Positions 41,840 through 54,740 of a stretch of DNA of 64,000 bases are shown here, piece by piece. Within the stretch, counting starts at the first letter, position 1. Every line of letters begins with the position of its first letter. The DNA comes from Strigamia acuminata (Eukaryota), in contig OX442314.1 of assembly GCA_949358305.1 (NCBI GenBank), positions 19,716,001 through 19,780,000 on the forward strand, written 5' to 3'. The notes beneath the pieces are model-generated. The model was given only the letters and a program-made list of their open reading frames with translations. It ran no database searches and was not told the origin of the DNA. Position numbers and translations under genes: made by a program.

Positions 41840-42020
41840 ACAAGATGGCGGAAGTATGAAGCTAGGCACGTGCTTGAGGCACTTCCCGTGAGCCAGTGAA
41901 GCGCAGTCTATTTGTTCAGCATCAATTCATCTCGAGCGGAAAACAGCGCGCACAACGACGAGTACGGGCGGGAGATGCCGCAGCTGGTTTTAGGGACGTT
42001 GCTTAGCAGTGCGGAAGTTG
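41840..42020. promoter_or_regulatory. Promoter-like motif cluster (YY1+ETS, E-box, ETS)
   Basis: CAAGATGGCGGAAGT at 41841, CACGTG at ~41867, GCGGAAGT at ~42011; CpG-rich. Confidence 0.45.
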
Positions 42021-42094
42021 TCAATGGAAGACCCTCCCCTACACTCTCAAACACAAGTTTACTCTAATTGCCGAAGCACAAATTTGTCGAAACA

Positions 42095-42271
42095 TTACAA
42101 TTCGTGTGTTTTCCTCCGCGCCCTATTGCAAGCCACTAACGCCTCAATCGATTTACACCTCGTCACTTTTCGAATTTCCTCTGTCGGATGCTGACGCCTT
42201 CTTCCGCCTTGATATACGACCGTTCCTCGGGTGGTCGGCCGACCAGTGCCCTGACCGCGATCCGCTGACAT
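42095..42271 (-). CDS. Candidate 58-aa basic microprotein (smORF)
   Basis: ATG-initiated ORF MSADRGQGTGRPTTRGTVVYQGGRRRQHPTEEIRKVTRCKSIEALVACNRARRKTHEL that coincides with a GC-rich block; family not recognised. Confidence 0.35.
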   Translation of the reverse strand: MSADRGQGTGRPTTRGTVVYQGGRRRQHPTEEIRKVTRCKSIEALVACNRARRKTHEL

Positions 42272-45200
42272 CCCTACAAACTGACCCCAAATCACCCACT
42301 TGAGACGAAAACTCGTGGGATTTAAACATTATAAACATTTTCATCTCAAACTTTTTCATTTCTTCAATTTTAAATTTCTACACTTACATATTCGCGTTAG
42401 AAATAAATTTTCTTTTCCTTTTTTATTTAACAAAATACCTGGGTAGGTAGGCATCTGTCGTTCCACAGTGCTGCTTTTGTAAAATGACACCATTTGCGAG
42501 CAGTCAGCCGAAAAAAAATCCCAAGAGGTGTCAGATGGTTTAAAAAGAACATCTTTCCGTTGAAGAATGAAACTCTTCTTCCAGCATCTATTTCTCTATT
42601 CTATTTTTTTAAAAAATTATTCTATGAATAACAACTTTCAAAAACTCGGTTCGTCTTAAACTTCCCCTTGAATAATAAATTATAAACAATCGTTTCTTTC
42701 ATATTCATAATAAAGCAAAAATTTAAATTAATTAAATTACCGGTAAGTCCGCCTTTAATATTTAAAAAAAAATATACAACCTACAGGTCAGATAAACAAA
42801 AATCAAAGTTAAAAGAGATTTCTTAATGATAGTAGCGCGCAGTAAACAGAAATGAGCAAATCAAAGTAAATAGTTAACAGGTTGCATTAAGTCAATAGCA
42901 AAAGAGGTTTTAGAATAAACGACATTCCATTTCACATTTGAGCAAATATAAAGAGAGAAGTAGTTCACAAATACCGTAACCTTATTGCACATTTCTGTTT
43001 ACTAGCACGGATGAACGTGTGTCATTTTCTTATTAACAGATGTTTACCTCTGTCACTTTGAAATGAATAATTGACATACCGGCAGCGCAGATGCATTTGT
43101 CAATTTCATGTGAAACAACAACGTTAAAAAATTTATTTTTGCGGACGTACTTTTCATGTAATCCATACACTCTGCCATCGCCACACGAAAACAAAAGGAA
43201 GTAGAGAAAACAGCACGCAAACCATCACGGGAAGAGATCAAACTTTAAACATGTGCCCATTTCCTCCGGTTGTCAGGTGATTTTAACAAGAGGAAGTGGA
43301 CTCTCTAAACATTCCATTCAGCTGATAAATAAATGAATAAATAAATAAAATTAATAAATAAATGAAATACGTGCACGGCAATTCAGGTAGCTGTGGCAGT
43401 TCCCCATTGGCCAAATTAAATTCCACTCGTCGAGTGTGGACAAAAAGTGACGTCGCTTGAAGAAATAGATGAAAAAGGGCAACATAGTAATCCTAGCACA
43501 ATTTCCGAGAAATGCTTCGCCATTTGTCACTTGTGAAATTGAGAGAAGAAAAGCCATTGTCATTTCTTTCGACATACTCCCCACTCACCATCTCTCCAGC
43601 GCGTTTCCCTTTCTTTTATGACGACCCTCCCCCGCGACAGGTGCTACCCTGCGAATTTCAAAACGACAGAAAAACATTGGTGATTGCTTAGCCTCGTCAT
43701 AACGAATAAATGCTGTCAGCGCTGCTATCACCAATTGACGCTGCGATTGCTGAATTAATGCACTTACTTGTTAGATATCAGCGTGCTGGTGTTGTCGGTC
43801 GATTAACATTTGCTGGACGGTCAGATGGACTTTTGATTGCCAATTAAATTACATTTCTTGTAAAAAGGTGCACGTCTCCATCAACAATAGCCAAAAAGCC
43901 TATCCGGCGTTTCACTATTGATTTTCCAGTGATGGATGAGGGTATATTTCAAGCAGACAAAATTTTCAATCGACTCACAAAAGAGAAAAGCCCAATACAT
44001 GCACATACAAAAAAAAGTAAAAAAGATGAAAGTACAATACAGTATGAAATTGAAGCTCTATTTTAAATAAATGAAATTTGATTTATGATAGTTTCACTTC
44101 TTTCAAATTGCGCGTAAATGTTGGATTGTCTGAACGTTTTGTAAACTTTTTCTGCCTTAAATCGGCCTTTTGGACTAACAAACAAATCACTTACAATTTG
44201 TTTGTGCATAGTAATACTTAAGGTGGGTTTGCTCATTAAAGCAGGTACTTGTTACACGGTTTAGCTTGCATGTCAGAAGCTTGATACGAGATTGAATTGA
44301 TTTAATCTCCACATGAAAGATGTAGAAAAAAGACCTAACAAAAAAAATGCCATTGATGCATTTTCGCAGAAAAAAAAGATTTTCTCTGCAGATTAAATTA
44401 AAATTTCGTATGTAATGAAATATTTCAATCAATCACGCCAATCATTAATTTAAATACTCGGCTCCATTTGATTTAACTGTATAAAATTGTATCGAGTTGT
44501 TTCAACTTCTGGAACTGTCTGTAAAGTGCAAAAGTATCCATTACACAATTATTCCTCAAAAAAGAACAATAATATCATGTTTCCACTTGAACTCAAGTCT
44601 ATAAACGTTTCAGTTTCCATTTAATACGGGGAATTCCTTTAAAACAGCGAAATAAGTACTGTGTAGCATGATAAAATAAAATGTAACTTTTCTTTTATAA
44701 AATTTGAAAACTTTTAATTTACCAAGTTTGTCGCAATCCAATTAACACACAAACACATTCACGAACGCTGCATTTTCCAACCCATTTGTGCTTAACCATC
44801 TTTCTCTGACATCAATTAGTGAAAACGGGAGGACGACTGAAGTAAATTGCAACGAAAAGTGCAGCTAAATTCTACAGTGTGGAATAAATGCAAACTGAAA
44901 ATGTCTTAATTTTTTCCCCATACTATTCACTATTAAACAATTTCGGACATCTGTTTGCCTGGTAAAGAATATGAAAATTGTATTTTAAATACGGAGTATT
45001 TCGATTAGTTGCTCGCTACAGTGTAAAACAATTTGGTAAAAGTTTTAATTACATTTTAAAATCTTTTCTTGCCGCATGCTGACACAATTCTATGCAACAG
45101 AGATGAATTAATCAAAATAGAGATAGCGTTGCTTGGCAAAAAGAACAAAAGAGCGTTCTTGAAGCGAGGAAAAAATATTAAAAAAAAAACCTCAATAGAC

Positions 45201-46535
45201 GTGTTATCGGAATGTGTGTCTATAAAAATCACGAGAGAAAAAATAAAGCGGACAATGAAGGAACATGCCAATGTCAATCAAGGTATGTTTTTCTAATAAA
45301 TTTCTCTCCAAATAAAATTACATTTTAAAGTTTACGTGATCACGCCCAAGTTTTGTCCAAATCGACAAAAGTTGTGTAATTTTTTAATATTTAATAAACA
45401 CATGACAAAAAAATTAGAATAAATAAAAATGTAGGTCATTTATCATCGATATGATAAAAGGTTCAAGTATGCTTCATCACTCCATCCCATAATCAATATT
45501 TCAAACAGGCAAAATCCTCATTAAAATAAATATTAAAAAAGAAATATTTTTTTAAAAAAAGAGAGTAATACTCGCTCAGTATTATTTACAAGCTACAAGC
45601 GTTGCATTTGTAAAATGCAAAATACGAAAATGTAAAAAGAAAAGTTAATCCCAGAAATATTCTACACAGGTCCATCAATCATAACTCTAGTTTTATTTTA
45701 CTTCAGCAAAAAATGATATGCCAAGTTTAATGCATTTTATTTTGACAGATCCAACTCATTGCTTTCATTTCTTCTCTCCTTTCAGTGTTACAACTCCTCT
45801 ACTTTTTTACCAATGGCTCACATAGCTGCAATGGCTAGAGTTTATTGCTGCAAGTGCCTTTTCTTGTCGCCACGTCGCTATCTAATTGTAATAGGTAGAT
45901 GTCAAATTACCAGCCACAGTCGATAGGTCAATCCCATGAGATTTAAAAATAAGAGATAAAAAACTTCAAAAGTCTACACAAAGTACACATACTGCACTGT
46001 AGTGCACATTTATGGTCTACCAGATACGCACATTTTGAATATTCTATGCTTTACATAAAGTTTGTCCTTAAAAATTAAATACGTTTGGCTACAAAGGCGT
46101 ATAATCGCCCGACAATCGATAAACACACAAAAACCATAAAACTATAAAAATGTGAAACGGAAGTGCACTTCCAAACCCAATTTCTCAACCGGAAATTGCA
46201 TTTCTACAGTATATGCCAATTGCCATCCTTCGCATTTAAAAAATGTTCATTGTGTGGGTTCGGAGAAGCAACTATTCAGTCCGTAAGAATTAATATCGAA
46301 GACCTTAAAAAATCATTTCAATTTGATCTATCAATTCAAAAAAAATCTCAAAGGAAAAATGTAACAATAGTTCCAGAATAAATAGACAAACCAGAAATAA
46401 ATTCTAAACATAAATCAAGTCGCAGAAACTAGGCGTTTCTTTTAAATAATTAATTTACATAACAATTATGAAACGGCTCATCTAACATTTTTCACAAAAG
46501 CACTTCTAGATGTACGGCAGCAAAGCATGTGCAAC

Positions 46536-47738
46536 GAAGTCGGGTCATTTCCTCGAATCCCGTTTCCTCGAATCCCGTTTTTTTTCGAAAAAAAAAAATT
46601 AAACACCGAAAATTTACCAAAAACCGAAAAATAAAACAAGTAAATATCAAAAAACAATGTTTTCTTTATTACAATTACAATTATTGTTTGAAGTTGTGTG
46701 CTATACCTCGGATGAAATCTATGGGATCCATATTCCGGCGCTCAATCATCAAGTTGATTATTCGCATCTCGCGGCGCAAAACTTCTTTTTTACTTGGTGG
46801 TTTTGGGTCGCCTCGTAAAATCTTTTCAAAGGTTGTATCTGTATCTGCCTGTCGGCGCTGCAGAGTTTCCAACATTCGGAAAAATCCGATGTGCTTATTG
46901 CCGACCAGCGTGTTGAAACGAAAATGCCAAGACTCTACAGGATTGGTGGTTCTGGGTTGGCCAGCTTGATAAACTGCATAACAGCTCCACAATTCGGGTG
47001 GAAATTTGGGAGGAGTTCGCACACCATTTTGGCGCAACTTCCCAAGGACATAATTCTTCTCCCACCACTTTAGTAAACCCTCTGTGCCGGGACCAAATAA
47101 CGGTTTGAGTAACGCATATGTTTCTACAACCTGAAACGCTGGTAAAAACGATAAGGCAGGCAATTGTCGTACCAGTAAGTTGAACTCATCATTGTTTAAG
47201 TATTCAAAACAGCGCGGTTTTTCAGAGTTTGCTTCAGTCTGATGACATCCTTACGAGAGGCATCGGCTTCGTGGGTGTGTGCAGTCGGATCACCAATCCT
47301 TTCCGGTCGCAATACATTCGAATTAGTGGTTATTCGTCCGCCACAAGGCTTATAATAATTTTCGCATTTCCAATAGATGCGATCGGGCTTCTTCACGTCT
47401 ATGATGTAAACAAAACCTCGAAAGCACAGAGCAGGTTTTCTTCGGATTGTCTCACCCATTTCGATGGCCATTGTTATTAGTAGAAATTGTTGGGCGTCTG
47501 TAGCAAACTGAATTAGAAATGATTTACTGCAGTGTTATATATACAACAATTGCCCGTAGAACGCACGTCTGACAGCCTAGAACGCACGTATCGACGACGT
47601 ACATAGCATGCCGAAAATTCGATGAAACGTACCGCATTATTTATAATTCGATGAAACGAGCCCCGTTTTCGCAGATTTCAAAAAACGCAAAAAAAAAAGA
47701 ATTCGAGGAAACGGGATTCGAGGAAATGACCCTACCCG
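46536..47738 (-). mobile_element. Mutator-like (MULE, FLYWCH-type) DNA transposon, internally deleted
   Basis: 9-bp TSD ATGTGCAAC (46527-35, 47739-47); perfect 32-bp inverted repeats GGGTCATTTCCTCGAATCCCGTTTCCTCGAAT starting 46542 and ending 47732, with 6 non-matching terminal nt; transposase fragments inside. Confidence 0.92.
46681..47471 (-). pseudogene. MULE transposase remnant: FLYWCH N-terminus joined out of frame to the C-terminus
   Basis: 47471-47196: FRGFVY...YWKCENYYKPCGGR...HTH (FLYWCH). ~47195-46681: LPALSFLP...NYV.G...FPPELWS...PRTTNPVESWH. Central catalytic region absent. Confidence 0.88.
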
Positions 47739-48324
47739 ATGTGCAACAAATGGACATGTTAAATCACTAAAGGATTGTCTGTGCTTATTAGTGTCCAAGT
47801 GAATTCCCATCTGAAAGATATGACAGTGACATTGCACTCGATCGATTATTTCTAAATTAAAAAAAAGGCATCGAACTAAGTTAAATGGTTTCAATTCTTA
47901 CGACAGCGGTTATAAACTTCAACAACTTATTTTTCAATTTGTGCGAGCATTTTATTGTTGAAAGTTTGAACTGGAGTTTTTCTTCCTAGCGTTCATTCTT
48001 TTCAAAAATCATTTTTTAATGAAAGTGAAGTGAGTGAAGTAAACAACCGTGACGACAAAAAGGTCATTTGGAACCAACCATTCACAATGTCATTTCAAAC
48101 TTTTTCAGATTGCTTTTCATTTTGCAATGCCAGAAACACATTTCCAACAAGAAAAAAAATAGAAGAAGGAGGAAAAAAAACCTTTTCTTTATCAATTCTT
48201 AATTTAAACTAAAAATAAAAAGATAAAATTACCTTTACATTATTTTAGGAAACCATTTTTCAAACTCCAGTTTCTTTCAAAATGAAAATTCAAGATGACA
48301 ATACTGCATAAATTTCGTAATACT

Positions 48325-48480
48325 GTATATAAGCCTGTCATAGCGACCACCTCCACCATATTTGAGCAACCACCACTTTATTTTGGCATCATCAATGGTT
48401 CCCGTTTACTATTTTCCCTGTATTTGGCGACCACCTGCCTATAAAACCCTCGATAAAACCACATTTTGGCACCTGCAAAC
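48325..48480. mobile_element. Degenerate MITE-like remnant
   Basis: cctgtcatagcgaccacct with internally repeated GCGACCACC motifs, a pattern seen in subterminal regions of pogo-type MITEs; matching right end not found. Confidence 0.3.
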
Positions 48481-51107
48481 AGATTTTATTGTACTGATAT
48501 TCATCTACGACTCATTTATAATTTTCACACCAGCTCATTATGGCACTACTTCAAATGTGATCTACAAATCAGATTTAAAACATGGATAAATAACATCAAC
48601 AATTTTGCATCAGTTTAATTTTTTTTTAATTTTTGAAAACATAAATTAATATACCGGTACACTAAAATTAAATAGCCTATAATTGAAGAAAAAGTTAAAT
48701 GAAAATGTTTACATACATTTCTCGTAACATGTAATTGGGCATTTACTAACGAGGACAAATGCGATAAAGTATGAAGACATGAGTTGCATCTTAAGCAAAA
48801 CCTCTAGTGCTGATTAATTTATCACCAAAGACAATTTCCTATCTTCCTATTCATGACAATGCCTTTCTTTCACCCTAAGCTTCATTTACATGAATTACTC
48901 AACTTGAAAACAAGGACTTGGTAACAACATTAACAACACACTCTGCAAGCATACACCAGTAATTTAATTAGGCCAAACTACCATAGGCTTACAAACTAGG
49001 TGCACAAGTCAATCAATAAAATCAATGATTCATTCACCAGGCTTGTCAATCAAAAAATATCTGCGCTTGATTTTCATTAATTATTTTTTTTAAGCCACGT
49101 GAAATCCAAATTGATAATTGATTCTAATCGATAAAATACAGCCGAAAAGAACATTTTTCTTGATATTTATTAATAATTTCAAGAATTTTAGTTTTATTAC
49201 TAAAAATTCCAAAAGAAATAACATAAAAGTGCAATTTAAAACCATTGCCCTCAATCTCCAGTATTTCTTCATTTCATTGTAATAAATAAAAGTTGTTTTA
49301 TTGTTTAGATTTTTGTCTGAAAATATTTTAAAAATATATGTAGCCTTACTATAACTCATTGTTGGTATTTTCTGGCAAATTTGCAATTTCTACAGATATT
49401 GACTTAAACGTAATATTTTTTCTTCAAATAAATCTGCAACACCTTTTTTTCCTTTTGAAAATGTGTTACGATCTCAAATGTTCACTTCATTTGTGGAGAA
49501 GTTTTTCTACCACGTTTTTTAATTATTATTTATATTTTAACCATAATCATTAGAATTGTGTTTTTTGCCGTGCACCTGTTGCGCTTTTGGGCAATTGGCC
49601 CAGAAGCTGTAACGGCTGCCCTGGCATTCTGAGCCCTGGATTGGGGCGTTGCTAAGTCAATCCCCAAATTGTGCACCGTTGCTAGGGCTGAAGCGTGCCT
49701 TGGCACACGCCACGCCTGCGCACTGGCCGTTTTCCGGCCATATTCCGAGTAATAATTCGAATTATTACTCACTCTTTGCATCACACTCATACCGTTCACA
49801 CCGACACAGCTTTGTTCAACCCAAAAACACTGTTTTGTCCGTGACTCGTGAGTTTTGCCAAAGTTTCAACCCGATTTGTTTGGACCAACGTTCAAACGAA
49901 TCACTTTCCGAGCCGCGAAGACGACGCACGACGGCCCAAACCACCGTCGTTCCCGCCGCCGCCCGAAGACCAACGCGCCCACGCCGTTGAAGATCGACGC
50001 CAGCCAGCCGCCGAGGATTGCAGAGCCATCGTCGCCGCTCCTCGACCTGTTGACGACGATTCCAATTCAGATTGTAGCGGATCTCCAGTCAGGTTTTAAC
50101 GATCGGCGGTACCCGCCGTTTGACTACTTGTCTCCAACGGAAATCTCCCGTTGCAATCTAGGGTTTAACCCAAGATTTCCCGTCTTGTCAGGCTTAACAG
50201 CCGACACTCTTTGTGAAGTCTTTCGGCTTCACGCTTCCTTTCTCACTTCGCAGAATTTGCGCGGCGACGTGTCGCCATTTCTGCACTGCTTTTTCCCGCC
50301 CGAAGGAGTCCCGCGCTGCTTCGAGCACGTCGCCTTCTACGCCGACGATCTTATCCTCATAGAACCCATTTTATTAACATTCACTTCAATTGAACCTGTA
50401 ATTAACGCTCAATAAATTGATTAACTGTTTGATTTAAAATAACTAAACTAGCCTTTATTCGAGATCAAATCCCTAGACACCGACTTAACGGCTAACCCAC
50501 CCGATAGAAGACCTATAAACGGCATTCAACTGCTTCCACAGGTGAACGCCGGGATCTCTTGCAATTGGAAAAATCTCATAGTGACTAAATATAAATTTAG
50601 TGTTGTTGTGAAAAGTCAATTGGAACCATCAGGAACGCAACAAATGGCAACTGGACTATTGCATTGTATATTAAAACACACTTTCATTCAGAGACAACAA
50701 TAAACAAAAGAAAACATACCGTACAGTACTGTGACTCTCGGGCACCGGATTTTGACCCATGCCCTCAGTTTACTTCCCTAGCTACCAGTAGCTTAACTCT
50801 GTAGTGCGAATGGGGGCTTACGGTTTACGGATTGGCTCCTGTAAACCTCCATTGTTCGCCATCTTGTTTGACCTGTAATAAATCAGTCTTTCGCTGTTTT
50901 CTAACATGCACGTACGTTACTGACTCACACGGCGCAGTTGATAACTTAATCTACGCACGATCTACGAACGCTAAACGAACAATTACTAGACAAACGTTAT
51001 AATATAACCCGTTCTCACTACAGCTTAACTCTTTAAAACTAGTTGTATAAATGTGGTGTGAACACAGCTAGCTTACCCTAAGCTAGCTTATCAGTTTTGA
51101 AACTAGA

Positions 51108-52434
51108 TGTATGACGTGTTTGCAACCCCCAACTTTTATGATTGTGTTTTTGTTTGATGTTATCTGTGAAGGCCACCATATGTGGGGCACTCCCTTGTTC
51201 AAACATAAGCAATAAAGCAGTTAGGTAGTAGAGCTCGAGCAGCGAGCATGAGCTAAAACCTCTCTTTATTTTCTTTATATTTCTACACTTCAAAAATACA
51301 ACTACAACAAGCACAGAAAGACAACAATTGGCGACGAGGTGCGATGCGAATCCATGCAACTACAAATCCAGTAACTTTTTCGTGTTATTTTGTGTGCTTT
51401 CAACAATTTTCCGGCCTCCTACCACGCCATTCCAGTGCAGGCCTATTCTCCAGTCGTGTGAGTTTTTACAAGTGAAGTTTTTCAATTTTTTTTTCAACGA
51501 TTCCGTGTGCCATGGCTGCCCTGAAAGGAACGCCACGCAAGTTCGATTTGGCGGGCGATTTCAACCTATTCATCACACAAATGGAGGCATATTTCGGGTT
51601 CCACGACAGGCGGAAAAAGACCGCTGGACCTAACATTTAACGAGTTGATCGCTTTGCTTCTAACTTTCGTGGCGAGTGCATTACGCGGCGTACAATTGTG
51701 CATAGAACGGACGTTACCTTCGAGTATGTTTGCCACACCGCCATTAATACTGTGGTCGCTGAAACCCATGTTTTAGATTTCTACTAGCTGTTTCCAGCTT
51801 CTTTTGGGGGAGGGGAGAGTTATTCTAACTCATTTGCTTGAATGTTTAATGCAAGTTGTTTTGATTTGATTTACAAATTGTTTTATAATTCGTGCAATGT
51901 GTTGCACTACCTTTACAATTCGTGCAATGTTTTGCACTGCTTCCACAATGTTACAACTTCTAGTGTGTTACAAGGTGTAACACAAATTCGTGCAACTATT
52001 TGCACTACTATTACAGTGTTACAATTTATTTCAGTTACAATGTGTTCAATTACAATGATTCAATTTCTATGTTCTTTCTCTATACTTTCAATCCTAGTGT
52101 TATTCCTTTACATTTTACATTTACTATTCGATTTTGTGCAACCTTTTGCAATGCTTTTAAAATGTTCAGTGTATGTCTCTTTAATTGCTCTGTTCGCAAT
52201 TGAGGGGATATTGGGGTGTTTGCAACCCCCAACTTTTATGATTGCGTTTTTGTTTGATGTTATCTGTGAAGGCCACCATATGTGGGGCACTCCCTTGTTC
52301 AAACTTAAGCAATAAAGCAGTTAGGTAGTAGAGCTCGAGCAGCGAGCATGAGCTAAAACCTCTCTTTATTTTCTTTATATTTCTACACTTCAAAAATACA
52401 ACTACAAGTACAACAAGCACAGAAAGACACAACA
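51108..52434 (+). mobile_element. Small non-autonomous Ty3/Gypsy-type LTR element (TRIM-like)
   Basis: ~210-bp direct repeats 51116-51326 and 52216-52434 with few differences, containing AATAAA and ending ACAACA; PBS-like TGGCGACGAGG at ~51329; gag remnant MAALKGTPRKFDLAGDFNLFITQMEAYF from 51512 and KRPLDLTFNELIALL in another frame; polypurine tracts ~51806-51819 and ~52202. No clean TSD. Confidence 0.75.
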
Positions 52435-53721
52435 ATATAATTATCTAGTTTTGGAAATTGGATAAGCTAGTTATAAGCTAGCTTTACTAGCTTGTGATGT
52501 CATGCTACCCAAAATGCATTCCCCGGTATTTCCCTTCAACGATACGCAACAGAGGATTTGGACGCTGCCACGTTGGACGAGATTTTGAAATCGACGAATA
52601 CTGTCTTCTGGTGCGTTGTTCTGATCAGGAACTCCGCACGGAAATCGACGCACGGAATATTCAAATGCCCGCTACTGCACTTTGTACACGTAAAAATACC
52701 ACTTTACCAAGAAAGATGCATTCGACCTTTAAGTTCAACATTAACTAATTAACTTTAATATATTGAACATGGTAGAATTGAAAGCAGTATACGAGAATTC
52801 ACTGAGGAACTGTTAAGCCGCACACAATTTGATGGCAAAACTCACCCTGATGAAAAGAAGCTTTTAATTGCTCTCGAGTGTATGCACCATGCGAAAAGTC
52901 ACATTGTAACTTGAGGAGAAAATATTTTCCTGGCTTGAATCATCAAGCTTAAGACAAGTGAAGTGGGTTGTACCGTTCAACGAAAAACGAGACACCGCAA
53001 TTACCGTACATCAAAACCTTTCTACACAGTACGAAAACATTCGTGTTTGTTGCTGTTGAATTCCTACGAGATGACTTTAGCTGGAAAATGATGCAAAGAA
53101 AAAGCAACTCATAAACAGAGATAAGGGTTGCAGTAGTTTGAAAACAAACTGCAAAAATAATTTACAAAACTGGAAAGCAAACCTTCATTTAAATCAGTGT
53201 ATACGTAGTTAAATCTTCGGCTTTTCTTACGACTACAACACTGATTTAAAGGATAGCACACGTGGAAGTTTTAATGGTTGCGTTATGTGAGACTCAACTT
53301 CGTTTTAGGGTTTGCGGTACGTGGGTTTTGCGGTACATATAAAATATGAATATTTAATTTAATTGTATCGCCTCCCAAAAAAAGAGAAGCGTCACATCCC
53401 TTCGTTGCTTTGGTACTGATAAATTCACGTCTCTTTCTATTTGCCTTATCTACTGCTCACTACAAATGTCCAATTCTAACCTTAATCAACATACTCTCAG
53501 CATTCCCATTCATTCTCAGTAATCTCCGGAATCCCAGGAGATGGCGCTACCATCCGGGTCACGTCAGTTCCGGTTCTAACGTTACGGGTCGCGGTCAGGT
53601 TCGAATTTTGTCTCTTTGATTTTCTGTACAATCTTGAAGAATCTTAATAAATTCGGACGATTAGTTACACTTAGTAATTGTTTTTACCTTCTCTAGTTGT
53701 TGTTACGTTATTATTATCACT

Positions 53722-54740
53722 ATGGAAGAAAAATACGAATACAGCGACGACGACGATAACACTGGGCCTAACCCTTCGGGCCCGCGTGGTCCGGAGAACG
53801 TCGAAAAGACGTTGCCCGCTTCTTCTCTTTCCGATGAGGTTAAAGAGTTGAAGTCAATGGTGGCAAAACTAATGGCACATAATGTCAAACTGAGCGCAAA
53901 ATTGGTCGATGCCCAAGCGACAATTCCGGCGGCTAAGTCCCCGGACCCGCCAGCAACCAGTTCAGAAGATGCAGAGTTCGAGGACGCAACCAAGGAATTG
54001 GACGAGTCCCCGACTTTTCGCGAAGCAGCCCCAGCTGCCCTAGAGATCTTGGTGAATAAATCACTATTTTTATCCAGTTTCGAACACCGAGAAAAGGTGT
54101 TTGACCGATGCGTCATTCCGGAAAATCTGAAGTATCTGGATCCACCAAAGGCAGAAGGGAAAGTTTTTACAATCCTGAAGCCAAATTTCAAGGCCAAAGA
54201 TAAGGCCTCTCTGAAATTACAGAAAACTCTGTTAAAATCCGTAGTCCCAATGACGGACGCTTTACGGGACATTGCTGCCGGTCGCTTCAACAAAAAGAAG
54301 CTGATTGGGCACATAACCGACGCCATGACCCTGGTAGGTTCAGCTAACGTTTACGTTAATCGACGACGGAGGACGGACTTGCAAGACACGATGGCTCCCA
54401 AGTACAAGCCTTTGTGCAAAACCTACGATGTTTGGCCCAGATATTACAAAACAGATCGAAGATTACGAGAAAATGGCCAAAATTTCGGCCAAACCCGTTT
54501 TCGACAAGAGGGACGACCGAAGAGACGGTTATCGTCCAAACTTTAGTCGAACGCCCTACCAACGGAATGATTCTCGTAGAAATTACGACCGCAAAGGCGG
54601 CTCTGATTATAACAAAGAGGATTTCAGATCCAATAGTATGTATGGAGACAAAATTGTTTCTCCCCTTACTCCTTCTAATTCCAAATGTGTTTTTAGATCG
54701 GGGAAGGCCCAATCGAGGACGCTTCAACGCCAAGAAGTAG
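53722..54740 (+). pseudogene. DIRS gag-like ORF1, apparently frameshifted near 54420
   Basis: ...LVGSANVYVNRRRRTDLQDTMAPKYKPLCK in one frame; the expected continuation MFGPDITKQIED lies in another frame; an Arg/Gly-rich tail FLDRGRPNRGRFNAKK* is in the third frame, so the end coordinate is uncertain. Confidence 0.7.

Noticed and set aside
50329..50365. YADD motif as a reverse transcriptase
   Set aside because: No other RT motifs in the frame.
52490..52915. Degenerate coding-like stretch, possibly a zinc-finger remnant
   Set aside because: Requires frameshifts and stops; no family recognised.
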